A DNA stretch of 64,000 bases from Lachnospiraceae bacterium (lineage in GTDB: Bacteria > Bacillota > Clostridia > Lachnospirales > Anaerotignaceae): NCBI GenBank assembly GCA_019422065.1, contig JAHZEA010000005.1, positions 82,941-146,940 on the forward strand, read 5' to 3'. Within the stretch, counting starts at the first letter, position 1, and each line of letters opens with the position of its first letter. The notes under the pieces are model-generated. The model did not search any database, was not told where the DNA came from, and worked only from the letters and a program-made list of their open reading frames with translations. Positions 28,034-37,671 of this stretch are shown one piece after another. The translations under genes and the position numbers were made by a program.

Positions 28034-30592
28034 TTATATAAAATCTCCATATTCCAGTTTACTTCGTTTAAATTTGCCGTTTTCAAAATAGTCTTCACCG
28101 TTTTCATAACACAAAAGCTCTCCTATTTTGTCATTTGGCAAAGCATTAATTTTTTCTTTATTTACTGAATAAATGAAGTTATTTAAAAGACTGCGAACTT
28201 GTGAAAGCTTCACCTGTTTTTCGGAATAATCCATCAGATTGTTTCTAAGCAGTTTTTTATAATCATTCCATATCTGCCAGCCGTCTAAAATTTTGCCGTT
28301 TTCGTCTTCTATTTTTCGGCACAGTACAACATCAACTGTCATCAAATTCTCATCAATAAGTTTCATACGCTCCGATACGTTTTTAAAATCAAGACCTGCT
28401 ACATCGTTGTCAAAAAAACTTTTTAAACCTTCTTTAGATGTACTGTTATTTTTATTTTCTTGAAGTACTTTAATTACCATTCGGTAATAATCGGAAAACC
28501 TTTTTTCTTCCAAAATATTTCTCATTTCAGGATTTTTAATACTTAAGCTTTCACTGTTTCTGTAATCATTTTTATAAATGCCCTTTTCGCTGTCATAATT
28601 AAAGAAATAGCATACGCCTTGTTTTTCAGCTGAAAAAGAACGGTTTATTCTGCCTAAAAACTGTTCTTCACTATCCAATATCGATATATCTTTATATCCT
28701 ATATCCATATCAATATCCTCACCGGCTTCTATTACTTGGGTAGCTATTAAAAGAGCTTCTTTAACTGTTTTTTCTCTTATCGGTTTAAGTATTTTTTCAC
28801 GCTCAAGCGCCGAATCGTCTCCGGTAATAAGAAATACTGGTATGTCAAAACTCTCATCACAGCATATATCCTGATAAAATTCTTCTGCTGTTGACTTTTT
28901 TATAAACTCAACAAGTATTTTTGTTCCTTTTCCGCAATTTTTCTTTATATGCTCTTTTAATAGCAGCAAATAATCTTCGTTGTCGCAACCGGTATCTATA
29001 AGCTCATAAGAAAGCTTAACTCTGTTTTTAAACACAGGATTATTAAAATACTCACAGCTGTTTTTTAAAAGATGTACAACATTACAGTCAGCGCCTGCAA
29101 GCAGCTCAAGCTCCGGAAGTGTTGCAGACATAATTATTATTTTAATATTCATTAAATCCGCACATTCTTTTAAAAATATAATTATTTCAGCCCATATAGA
29201 ATTTTTATAACTCTGTATTTCATCAAGAACCACTACAGAATCAATAAGCTGCAAAAACGAAAACAAGTTTTCTCTTTTATCACCAAAAAGAGCTGAAAAA
29301 AAGCTCACATGGGTTGTAAGTATAAACGGGTAGTTTAAAAATTGTCTATCCAAAAGAGCATTTTTATAATAATTTTCCGTATCATCTTTTTGTTTAGAAT
29401 TTCCTATTGGGGTAATTGAATTAATAACGGTTATTTTGTTTTTCAAATTTTCATTATTAAAAGATTTGTACAGTACATTTTTATTCTGCTCAACCAGAGT
29501 ATTAAAAGGATACACATAAAACAGTTTCTTTCTGTTTTCCATAAGCATAAAGCTGAGATTTAATGCAGTGTTACTTTTTCCACTTCCCGTAGGAGCTTCA
29601 AGGAAGAATATATTTTCTTTATCGTCACTTTTTGAAATACATTTTTTAAGGCTATTTTCGGCATTTAAAAATATATTGCTTCTTAGTTCGTTCATATCCG
29701 AAATGTCCGAAATTTTTATATTTTTATTGCTTTTTTCATAATTTCTTATACCCTTATAAACAGCAGAGCTTTTATAAACATTATAAAACTCTTTTATGTC
29801 TTCCATTGTACCAAAGTACTGTTTTTCCATACCGTCCATATATTCTGTTGTGGAATAATAATCACATGATACAAGAACTGAGTAAGCAAGCCTTAGCAAA
29901 AAATATTTTGCTATTCCTTCATTCCTGTTTACAGATATATTTCTTTCGTAGCTGTTTAAAAGTTTTTTTAGATATTTTTTATCAATTGAAAATTTTTGTT
30001 TTAGTCCTTTAGCCTCATTACCTTTAAAAAAATCTATAATGTCATAGTTATCAGCAATTTTACCGAAATAATCATTAATTCTTGTTAAATCACTATGATG
30101 TCTTGATATTATGTAAGAAAACTCTATTACAGCAAATTTAAACCTTTTTTTCTTATCATCACAAACATCTATTACATCAAGCTTTTTTAAAAAATAATCC
30201 ATGTATATTAAAGACGAAAGAAATGAATGGTCACTTCCTGACAATCCATAAATATATTCATCATTTTTAAAGCATGGATTATTCATTTTTTCTTTCTGAA
30301 AAGCAGGATTAACTTTTCCCGTATCGTGGAATATTATCATTTGGTAAAAAAGTTCATATAAAAGTTCTTTATCCTTTTCAGTATCTGCAAAGCTTAATTT
30401 ATCAGCATATCCGAAAATGACTTTTTTTAAATTTTTGTCCTGTAATATTTTATTAAAATATTTATTGCAGCGCATAATATGTTCCCCCAGTGTTTCACCG
30501 GGGGAATTTTTCTTTGTATGAGCAAGCAGTGTTACGTTTTCATCTATAACATTATTAAAATCAGAAAAACACGATATTTCTTTGACCATCAT
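28034..30592 (-). CDS. cas3: CRISPR-associated helicase/nuclease Cas3 (HD + SF2 helicase)
   Basis: HD motif ...IIFHDTGKVNP..., Walker A EAPTGSGKS and DEIQ box. Length is 852 aa. Confidence 0.9.
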   Translation of the reverse strand: MMVKEISCFSDFNNVIDENVTLLAHTKKNSPGETLGEHIMRCNKYFNKILQDKNLKKVIFGYADKLSFADTEKDKELLYELFYQMIIFHDTGKVNPAFQKEKMNNPCFKNDEYIYGLSGSDHSFLSSLIYMDYFLKKLDVIDVCDDKKKRFKFAVIEFSYIISRHHSDLTRINDYFGKIADNYDIIDFFKGNEAKGLKQKFSIDKKYLKKLLNSYERNISVNRNEGIAKYFLLRLAYSVLVSCDYYSTTEYMDGMEKQYFGTMEDIKEFYNVYKSSAVYKGIRNYEKSNKNIKISDISDMNELRSNIFLNAENSLKKCISKSDDKENIFFLEAPTGSGKSNTALNLSFMLMENRKKLFYVYPFNTLVEQNKNVLYKSFNNENLKNKITVINSITPIGNSKQKDDTENYYKNALLDRQFLNYPFILTTHVSFFSALFGDKRENLFSFLQLIDSVVVLDEIQSYKNSIWAEIIIFLKECADLMNIKIIIMSATLPELELLAGADCNVVHLLKNSCEYFNNPVFKNRVKLSYELIDTGCDNEDYLLLLKEHIKKNCGKGTKILVEFIKKSTAEEFYQDICCDESFDIPVFLITGDDSALEREKILKPIREKTVKEALLIATQVIEAGEDIDMDIGYKDISILDSEEQFLGRINRSFSAEKQGVCYFFNYDSEKGIYKNDYRNSESLSIKNPEMRNILEEKRFSDYYRMVIKVLQENKNNSTSKEGLKSFFDNDVAGLDFKNVSERMKLIDENLMTVDVVLCRKIEDENGKILDGWQIWNDYKKLLRNNLMDYSEKQVKLSQVRSLLNNFIYSVNKEKINALPNDKIGELLCYENGEDYFENGKFKRSKLEYGDFI

Positions 30593-31259
30593 TAAACACC
30601 TGCTCTTTTATTTCAAAGTCATCTTCATCTGTAAAATAAAATTTTTTCATAATATACTGATTAGTTGAAAGTTTCAATCCTGTCGGAAGATATTCTTCAT
30701 ACTTAAAAGTAAAACTATCCCATTTTGAGCTTATATAGTCCTGAGGAATAAGACTCTGTATTTCGTCACCCTCTTTCTCCATAAGGCTGACAAAAGAACT
30801 ATCCTCTATAACAGCCGGGTGGTCATTTTTACCTAAATACGGCATATATACACATTTTCTTTCGTGTATCATCTGGGCAATCCTTTTTGAAATATCTCCG
30901 TCAATCATCAAATAAACTATCCAGGAAGGATTTTCAAGCCACTGCTCTTTTACAACTAAATTTCCTCCTTCTTCCTGAGAAGCATAACCAACAGAATTAT
31001 TAAATACTTGAATTTTTTTTGGAAAATATCCGTTTTCCGATTCCGGTACAATTGCTATTTTTATATCTTTAAGCTTCTCATAATATTCCGGGTAATCATC
31101 ATACTTGCTTTCGTAGCCTTTATACCCCATAACAGCTCCAAATATTCCAATAAGTGCCGGTTTATGTATCTGCCCGAAAGTAAAGTAATAGTATGAATTA
31201 ACTTCAGGATTTTTGAAGAATGCGGTTTTGCCTCTTAATCTGAATTTTAAAGCTTCCAT
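30561..31259 (-). CDS. cas5: CRISPR-associated protein Cas5, subtype I-B
   Basis: N-terminal LKFRLRGKTAFFKNPEVNS is a Cas5 signature. Sits between cas7 and cas3. Confidence 0.8.
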   Translation of the reverse strand: MEALKFRLRGKTAFFKNPEVNSYYYFTFGQIHKPALIGIFGAVMGYKGYESKYDDYPEYYEKLKDIKIAIVPESENGYFPKKIQVFNNSVGYASQEEGGNLVVKEQWLENPSWIVYLMIDGDISKRIAQMIHERKCVYMPYLGKNDHPAVIEDSSFVSLMEKEGDEIQSLIPQDYISSKWDSFTFKYEEYLPTGLKLSTNQYIMKKFYFTDEDDFEIKEQVFNDGQRNIVFF

Positions 31260-31286
31260 AAATTATATGTCCCACCTTAATACAGC

Positions 31287-32231
31287 TTATAACTTTTTAT
31301 TTGTTACAATATCGAAAATTTCTGCATTTTGTATATTATGCTTAAGCTCGGTTGTATTTGAATTATAATAAATTTCTATGGATTTTATTTTTTCTTTATA
31401 TGTTTCTAAAAGCTCTCCACAGTTTGCACTTATTATATTTTTACCCTCATTTTTTTCAAATGTTATATATTCCGTTAAATTAGGAATATATAAGTCTTTT
31501 TCAGTTTCAACAAACATTGCAAACTCATTTTCACAGCCTTCTTTTGCATTTGTTGCATAGGCAGTTGCACAAACAAGTGCTGTTCTTTTAAAGTTTTTAT
31601 AGTCTTCCTGTGTATATCCTTCAGTAACGCCAAGGCTTACATATTCTTTGTATGCCATAGGGTTAATTACAAAAGGATACATATAGTGAGCTTCATCACT
31701 TACAATTTTTGTACCAAGTGTTGAATTCTTAGCTTCTCCTTTATCTGTTGCCTTGCTGGCATCACGAAATGGTGAAAGTATTGACTGTTCCTGTGGTTCA
31801 CTGTCTTTATAAATATTGAATCCCTGTCCAAATTGTACAGCACCGGTTATTGATATATTAGTTCCTGCTTCTGCAAATGTAGCACCAAAATTCTTAACAT
31901 CAACTGCACTAAATAAATTTTTAAGAACCTCCTCCGCATTTTTGCAGTTTTTTAAATCATCTACTTTATAAAGATACTCATATCTCTCTTTTAAACTTCT
32001 TGGTATTAATGAAACTTCACCTTTTTTGCTTTCAATTCGCATAGATTTAATATAAATTACATTTTTACCTTCGTTATCCCACATTTTTTTCATAGGGTAT
32101 TTTAAAGCTTTATCACTTCCGTATGTATCACCACTTGATGTTGTTTTTGGGTATCCGGAAAAATCTGCATTCCAGTTAGCCATAATTGAAGATATTCCTA
32201 AAACACCATATACACGTTTATCCATTTCCAT
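31287..32231 (-). CDS. cas7: CRISPR-associated protein Cas7 (Csh2/Cst2-like), subtype I-B
   Basis: GVLGISSIMANWNADFSGYPK... resembles the DevR/Csh2 family N-terminus. Operon position supports the call. Confidence 0.8.
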   Translation of the reverse strand: MEMDKRVYGVLGISSIMANWNADFSGYPKTTSSGDTYGSDKALKYPMKKMWDNEGKNVIYIKSMRIESKKGEVSLIPRSLKERYEYLYKVDDLKNCKNAEEVLKNLFSAVDVKNFGATFAEAGTNISITGAVQFGQGFNIYKDSEPQEQSILSPFRDASKATDKGEAKNSTLGTKIVSDEAHYMYPFVINPMAYKEYVSLGVTEGYTQEDYKNFKRTALVCATAYATNAKEGCENEFAMFVETEKDLYIPNLTEYITFEKNEGKNIISANCGELLETYKEKIKSIEIYYNSNTTELKHNIQNAEIFDIVTNKKL

Positions 32232-34007
32232 TTATATTTCCTCGCTTTCGTTTTCTTTTAATGCCTTTTCATATATTAAGCTGTTTGAAACAAAACCTGC
32301 CATAAGTTCTTCTTTATATATTTTTTCCGGTTCATAAAGCATAATATGGCTTAATAATTTATTGATTCTTGAACCATTATTTGCCTCAATTAAATAGTTA
32401 TATTTTATATACATCTGCCTTATTAATCTTTTAATAACTTCATCTTTAGATGTATTTAAAAAAGGATTTATAAACGATTCAGATTTTTTGTTTGACTTAC
32501 TTAATGTACTCAGGTAATATACAGCCTGTCCAACAGCAAAAGAATACTCTTTGTCAGAATTAAAATCCCAATTTTTTTCTTTTGGAGCATTTATATGCTC
32601 CCTTAAATCTTCAACTATTTTATTCATACTTTCTCCTATCCTCCTGTTTGGATAAAAATATTCAATTAAAGACCATCTCAAATTAAACTGTTCTTTTGCA
32701 CTTAAAATAAAATTTTTACTTATTGATGCTTTAATAATTTTTAATGTTACATCTTCAAGAACATTTACAGCATTATTTTTGCTTCCGGTATAAAACCATG
32801 CTGAAAGAGAATTCCTTGCCTCTAAAAAGTATTTTTTTATAGAAATATTCAAAAATGATATATCTTTTGGGTCTGTATCAATGTTATTTTCAAGTTTTCC
32901 TTCAAAAAAGACTTTATCTATTAAATATTTTAATTTCCAAAGTTCGCTTAAATTTTTGCCGTATTCAAGATAAGATTTATTTTCATCTACACACATATAG
33001 TTTTTAAGTTTAAACTTTTTATCCAGCTCTGGTTTATATTCTGGTACTGATTCAGCATACTGAATTTCAGCTTCATTTTTGCCTTTTCTAAGCCTCATAT
33101 AGTATGCACTTGAAAAATATTTCGGCTTATTTTTGTTGTCATAATATTCTATTTTGCCATCGCCTATATAAACATGGTAATTGCCATTTGATACAACAGT
33201 CATTAAATAGTCAAACAGTTTTGCATGAAGCAGTATGTTGTTTTGATTAACTAAATATGGTGTGCTTATTTTTCTAGTTTTATTTTCAAGATATGGCTTT
33301 TTACTATTTAAACCTATGTTATTATTTGGAAATCCTATTATTTGATTTTCATCAACAATATTAAAGTCATTGTTATTATATATATTAGGAATAATATATC
33401 TGTTACTTTCTTTTTTATATAAATCAAGTGTTTTTTGTTTATCATTAAATATAAAAAATATTTTCAAATAATCCTTACTAGTTAAATCTATATCAGACCA
33501 TATATTTCTTAATAATACAATACTTTCTATTTTGTTAATTAAATCTGCCTGAGGTATACCAATAACTTCTTCTTCGCTGATATATATCTGTTTTGTTTTT
33601 GGTTTTTTACCGTATTTTTTCAATGGATTTTTCAGTATTTCATAGTAAGACTTATATACTTCATCACTAACTTTATTTAATAAATTCTCTTTCTTTACAG
33701 CTAAAGACATGTAGTTATTTGTATGGATTATTTTATTCGGATCAATAGGTTTATTCATATCAATAAGTTTGCTATAATAATCAAGCTGGCAGATGTATTT
33801 ATAATACTCATCTTCAGAACCTATAACTGTCTTATTTTTCTTATCATTTTTAATATCAAGTGTTTTTATTATTTTGTAAGAATCTTCTGTAAGTTCAATA
33901 AGCCTGTATGTTCCGTCTTTTGGTATGTACGAATCGATTATAATGGAATCTCCGTTTTCATCTATCATACGTTTAAATGTTTCCAATGCTTCATTAATCA
34001 ATTGCAA
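32232..34007 (-). CDS. cas8b: CRISPR-associated large subunit Cas8b (Csh1/Cst1-like)
   Basis: 591 aa, poorly conserved family. Assigned mainly from its position between cas6 and cas7 in an I-B type operon. Confidence 0.7.
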   Translation of the reverse strand: MQLINEALETFKRMIDENGDSIIIDSYIPKDGTYRLIELTEDSYKIIKTLDIKNDKKNKTVIGSEDEYYKYICQLDYYSKLIDMNKPIDPNKIIHTNNYMSLAVKKENLLNKVSDEVYKSYYEILKNPLKKYGKKPKTKQIYISEEEVIGIPQADLINKIESIVLLRNIWSDIDLTSKDYLKIFFIFNDKQKTLDLYKKESNRYIIPNIYNNNDFNIVDENQIIGFPNNNIGLNSKKPYLENKTRKISTPYLVNQNNILLHAKLFDYLMTVVSNGNYHVYIGDGKIEYYDNKNKPKYFSSAYYMRLRKGKNEAEIQYAESVPEYKPELDKKFKLKNYMCVDENKSYLEYGKNLSELWKLKYLIDKVFFEGKLENNIDTDPKDISFLNISIKKYFLEARNSLSAWFYTGSKNNAVNVLEDVTLKIIKASISKNFILSAKEQFNLRWSLIEYFYPNRRIGESMNKIVEDLREHINAPKEKNWDFNSDKEYSFAVGQAVYYLSTLSKSNKKSESFINPFLNTSKDEVIKRLIRQMYIKYNYLIEANNGSRINKLLSHIMLYEPEKIYKEELMAGFVSNSLIYEKALKENESEEI

Positions 34008-34019
34008 TCACCGCCTTTT

Positions 34020-34736
34020 TCAAAGGTATCTGTAATTCATAAAACCACAACCGCGGCTGTTATTTTCCAAAATTCCTGTACCAAGACTCATATACCAAAG
34101 TTTTTGAGCTGTTTCATTTTTTGATGCAACAAAATTCAGTTTATCACCCAAAAGTACTATACCTTTATAGTTTGTTTTAACGGGCTTTTTGTTTTTAAAT
34201 TCTATAAGGTCATAAAGCTGAAAATCCTCATTAAGTTTTTCTCCAGTAAAACTATTATATTTTTTAATAAGGTTAATTTTAAGTCTGTTTTCATATTCAG
34301 ATAGAGCCATATTTTCTTTCCAATAGCCTTCTCTGCATTTAATTAATGCCGGTGTAAGGGTATATACTGTTTCCAATATCTTTTCAGGTATAACCCTAAT
34401 TTCTCCTCCAACGCAGCATATTTCTTCTGATTTATGAAATCTGATATTTTTCACAAAATAATTGGCAAGTCTTTCATCTATGGTCCTTATACGCACAGTA
34501 TATATTTTTTCTGGTTTGTATATTTTATCTTCTTCCGGCTTATATGCCATATCAAAAACATAATTTTTATAGCAATTACTTATATGAAAATTTAAAAGTT
34601 CATTATCTTTTGATATTAAGCTATCAATAAAATTTGCCATTTTTTCCGAAAAAGATTCGTATTTTAAGTTATTTTTAAAGACTATCCTGCAAATATATTC
34701 ATATACAATCATATTTCTCATCCTCTTTATAAGCAA
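34020..34736 (-). CDS. cas6: CRISPR-associated endoribonuclease Cas6
   Basis: ~230 aa, first gene of the operon, with a C-terminal glycine-rich loop (SLGTGILENNSRGCGFMNY). The exact start is uncertain. Confidence 0.75.
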   Translation of the reverse strand: MLIKRMRNMIVYEYICRIVFKNNLKYESFSEKMANFIDSLISKDNELLNFHISNCYKNYVFDMAYKPEEDKIYKPEKIYTVRIRTIDERLANYFVKNIRFHKSEEICCVGGEIRVIPEKILETVYTLTPALIKCREGYWKENMALSEYENRLKINLIKKYNSFTGEKLNEDFQLYDLIEFKNKKPVKTNYKGIVLLGDKLNFVASKNETAQKLWYMSLGTGILENNSRGCGFMNYRYL

Positions 34737-35239
34737 TAATTAAGTTCACAATATATTACAAATTATATCACAATATACAAATTTCAACAACTTGTCTGTA
34801 TTTTTTTCTAATATTTATTATTTTATATATATTTATTATAAAAGTTTTTTTGCTAAATTAGCAATATGATAAATATATTTATATTTAATTAATATTTATT
34901 ATTATATTTTTATAATCTTGTCAATAAAAATTTTAGAATATATTTTAAAATACTATTTAAATTACAAATAAAAGTTTCCTTTTGATTTTAAATGATATTT
35001 ATCGTTTAAAATTCATACTTCTTATATTTTAAAATATATTTGATTTTTAAATTGAAGTTACAATAAATCAACATAGAATTTATGTTTATTTAATTAAGAG
35101 CACTGACTTTTACAAATTATCGGAAGAAAAATTGTTAAATGAGTTTTGAACTGATTTGATACGATTTTACGGTTTATTCTGAATATAACTTTAATACCAT
35201 AAAGCTTAAGTCGAAATTTTTTTATTTTTTATAAATAGC

Positions 35240-35287
35240 AGAAATAAAAAATCTGAAATGGGTATTTAGTTTATTCCATTCCAGATT
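35240..35287 (-). terminator. hairpin terminator ~240 nt downstream of the pfkB-family kinase
   Basis: aatctgaaatgg/ccattccagatt stem with one mismatch and T-runs on both strands. Confidence 0.4.
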
Positions 35288-35524
35288 CTTTTATTTTCAT
35301 CATGTATTAAAATTAACAAATTTGTATTATATCTTTATTATTATGAACTAATATTGTAACATCAGTAGCTGAATTCAGAAAAATATATTCTTAAGCACAC
35401 AGCGCTCAATCCAAATTTAGCTATTGTTTCAATCAAAATGATGCCTGCTACTGCTTGACATCGGAACAATTACAACTAACATCAGGAATTAAAACCCATG
35501 CCTCTTATTACCATTTTCATATCA

Positions 35525-36463
35525 TTACTTTTCTAATCCTATCAACTCTGCTTTGGTAGGCATAGCAGGAATTGCTCCACTTTTTGAACATGTAAAAGAC
35601 GCAGCACGATTTGCCAATGCAATATGAGATTCCAACACATCTATAGAACATGTACGCCAATTTGATTCTTGTGCCAATCCGCACAACAATGCACCAAAAA
35701 ATGTATCTCCTGCACCATTGGTATCGACTACAGTTGTTTTTACTCCTGGTACAATACCTGTTTTGTTATTATAGCGATAATACGCCCCTTCACTGCCCAT
35801 AGTAATCAATACCAAAGAAATACCATATTCAGATAATATAGAGCTACCTTCTTCCAAATTGGTTGTACCTGTCAGCAGCGGCAGCTCCTCATCTGAAATT
35901 TTCAAAATATCCACCATAGGCAATGGATTTTTCATCCATTTAACAGCCTCTTCTTCTGATTCCCACAAAGATGCACGGTAATTGGGATCATAGCTGATAC
36001 AAATGTTATTTTGTCTTGCTTGTGATACAATATTAAGTGTAGTTGTACGTGCAGGTTCCGCTGTCAAACTTACAGAACCAAAATGCAGTATTTTTGTATT
36101 TATACAACCAGAAATATCTATGTCACTTGTTGTCAATGCACAATCTGCGCCACGCACAAATTGGAAAGAACGCTCTCCTTTTGTATTCACAGAAACGATT
36201 GCCATAGTTGTTGGCATGTTGTGGGAACACAAAAAATCTGTAGAAACATTATATTGCTCCAGTGTTTCTTTTAAATATGTACCAAATGCATCTTTGCCAA
36301 CCATACCATAAAATGCAGTCTTTGCCCCTAGTTTCGACGCAGCAACTGCCACATTTGCAGGTGCACCGCCTGGATTTGCAGCATAGATAGGTATATTTTG
36401 TGAATTTTTTCCTGTTTGTGTTAAATCAATTAAAATTTCTCCAATGGATACAATATCAAACAT
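35525..36463 (-). CDS. PfkB-family carbohydrate kinase (fructokinase-like)
   Basis: N-terminal GEILIDL...GGAPANVA and C-terminal DTNGAGDTFFGALL motifs. Confidence 0.85.
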   Translation of the reverse strand: MFDIVSIGEILIDLTQTGKNSQNIPIYAANPGGAPANVAVAASKLGAKTAFYGMVGKDAFGTYLKETLEQYNVSTDFLCSHNMPTTMAIVSVNTKGERSFQFVRGADCALTTSDIDISGCINTKILHFGSVSLTAEPARTTTLNIVSQARQNNICISYDPNYRASLWESEEEAVKWMKNPLPMVDILKISDEELPLLTGTTNLEEGSSILSEYGISLVLITMGSEGAYYRYNNKTGIVPGVKTTVVDTNGAGDTFFGALLCGLAQESNWRTCSIDVLESHIALANRAASFTCSKSGAIPAMPTKAELIGLEK

Positions 36464-36520
36464 ATATTACCATATCCTTCCTACTCTCTTTTAAGATATT
36501 AACTGTAAACGATTTCAAAT

Positions 36521-36772
36521 TCAATCTATCATATTTACTGCTAAAAAATCAAATATTTCAATAAGAAACTGCATTAATCTTTTTCTACAAATACCATAAA
36601 ATATTATTTTTATATAGTAATCAGTTAATTTTCTCAACATATGTATAGCTTCCGCTTCTAGTATTTCAACTTCTAATTCACCACATATTTTCCTAAATAT
36701 TTGAATTATATCTTTTCTTGTAATATATAAATTTTCTTCTATATTTGGTTGCAAATACTTTTCTGTATTCAC
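36521..36772 (-). CDS. hypothetical 83-aa ORF, possibly a gene remnant
   Basis: The ORF is the only evidence. The upstream DNA contains additional short broken frames. Confidence 0.2.
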   Translation of the reverse strand: MNTEKYLQPNIEENLYITRKDIIQIFRKICGELEVEILEAEAIHMLRKLTDYYIKIIFYGICRKRLMQFLIEIFDFLAVNMID

Positions 36773-37061
36773 ATCAACAACTTAAATAAGCTGTTTGTTT
36801 TATTTAGTTTTTCACATAGTTTAAAACCTTTAATTTACTTTTTTGATGCATCTGGCAAATCAGTCTTTTTAGCATCATAGAATTTTTCATTTACCAATAT
36901 GTTTTATCTAGCTCTAACATAACCAAGGTTTATCTATGATGAACACCAATTAAAACAAAACTAAACATTATTCATTGTAATTAATGTTGTATTATAATCA
37001 TTTTTCATTGTAATTTTTGTAATTACTGAGTTTACTATATATAAAAGCTCAGTAAGGAGGA

Positions 37062-37424
37062 ATGTCCATGTACCGAACAGCCATAGAAAAACTATACAAA
37101 TGGAAAAACAGCAAACATCGAAAGCCATTAATAATAGAAGGTGCAAGGCAGGTAGGAAAAACCTGGCTCATGAAGGAATTTGGCAGCAAAGCTTATAGCA
37201 ACACAGTGTATATCAACTTTGATTCCAATTCCATAATGACAGAGCTTTTTGCTTCAGACCTTAACACAGATAGGCTAATTATGGGGATAGAGCTGTATGT
37301 GGGCAGAAAAATTGACCCGAATAATACACTTTTAATTTTTGACGAAGTGCAGGAAGTGCCAAGAGCATTATCATCTCTTAAATATTTTTATGAAAATGCA
37401 CCTCAGTATCACATTGTTTGTGCC
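37062..37424 (+). pseudogene. 3'-truncated AAA ATPase (DUF4143-family N-terminal third)
   Basis: MYRTAIEKLYKW...IIEGARQVGKTW (Walker A)...LLIFDEVQE (Walker B)...IVCAGS. Homology stops exactly at the repeat boundary at 37425. The rest of the listed ORF is the antisense of the spoVT fragment. Confidence 0.8.
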
Positions 37425-37522
37425 GGGTCGCCCTCTCTAATTCTAAGAGTACGCCTTATTTCTTTTGGTATTACAATTCGACCAAGGTCGTCAATTCTTC
37501 TTACAATCCCTGTAGCTTTCAT
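37409..37522 (-). pseudogene. orphan spoVT 5' fragment (37 codons) with intact RBS and upstream region
   Basis: MKATGIVRRIDDLGRIVIPKEIRRTLRIREGDP is followed by AQTM and a stop once the frame leaves the repeat. Confidence 0.75.
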
Positions 37523-37671
37523 TCTACATCCTCCTGTATCTTTTTTAAACGGAATTCTAATTCCGTTCTTTTAATCTTTTTGTACTTGTAGTATTTGTAT
37601 TGAGTAAAAAATTATACAAAAAAGGAAGATACAAAGAGTTGTTGAATATTGGAAAAGTAATTCAGAATTAT
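37425..37671. repeat. right copy of the perfect 247-bp direct repeat
   Basis: Identical to 22315-22561. Confidence 0.95.

Noticed and set aside
34737-35240. A ~500-bp almost pure A/T stretch upstream of cas6, considered as a hidden array, satellite or small-gene cluster
   Set aside because: No periodic repeat, ORF with RBS or inverted repeat could be found. It is most simply the cas operon promoter/UP region.
37062-37574. A 170-aa ORF that looks like an intact protein
   Set aside because: It is a chimera. Residues 1-121 are an ATPase N-terminus. The rest is the antisense reading of the duplicated spoVT 5' region, identical to the tail of ORF 22081-22464. It is annotated instead as a truncated pseudogene plus a repeat.
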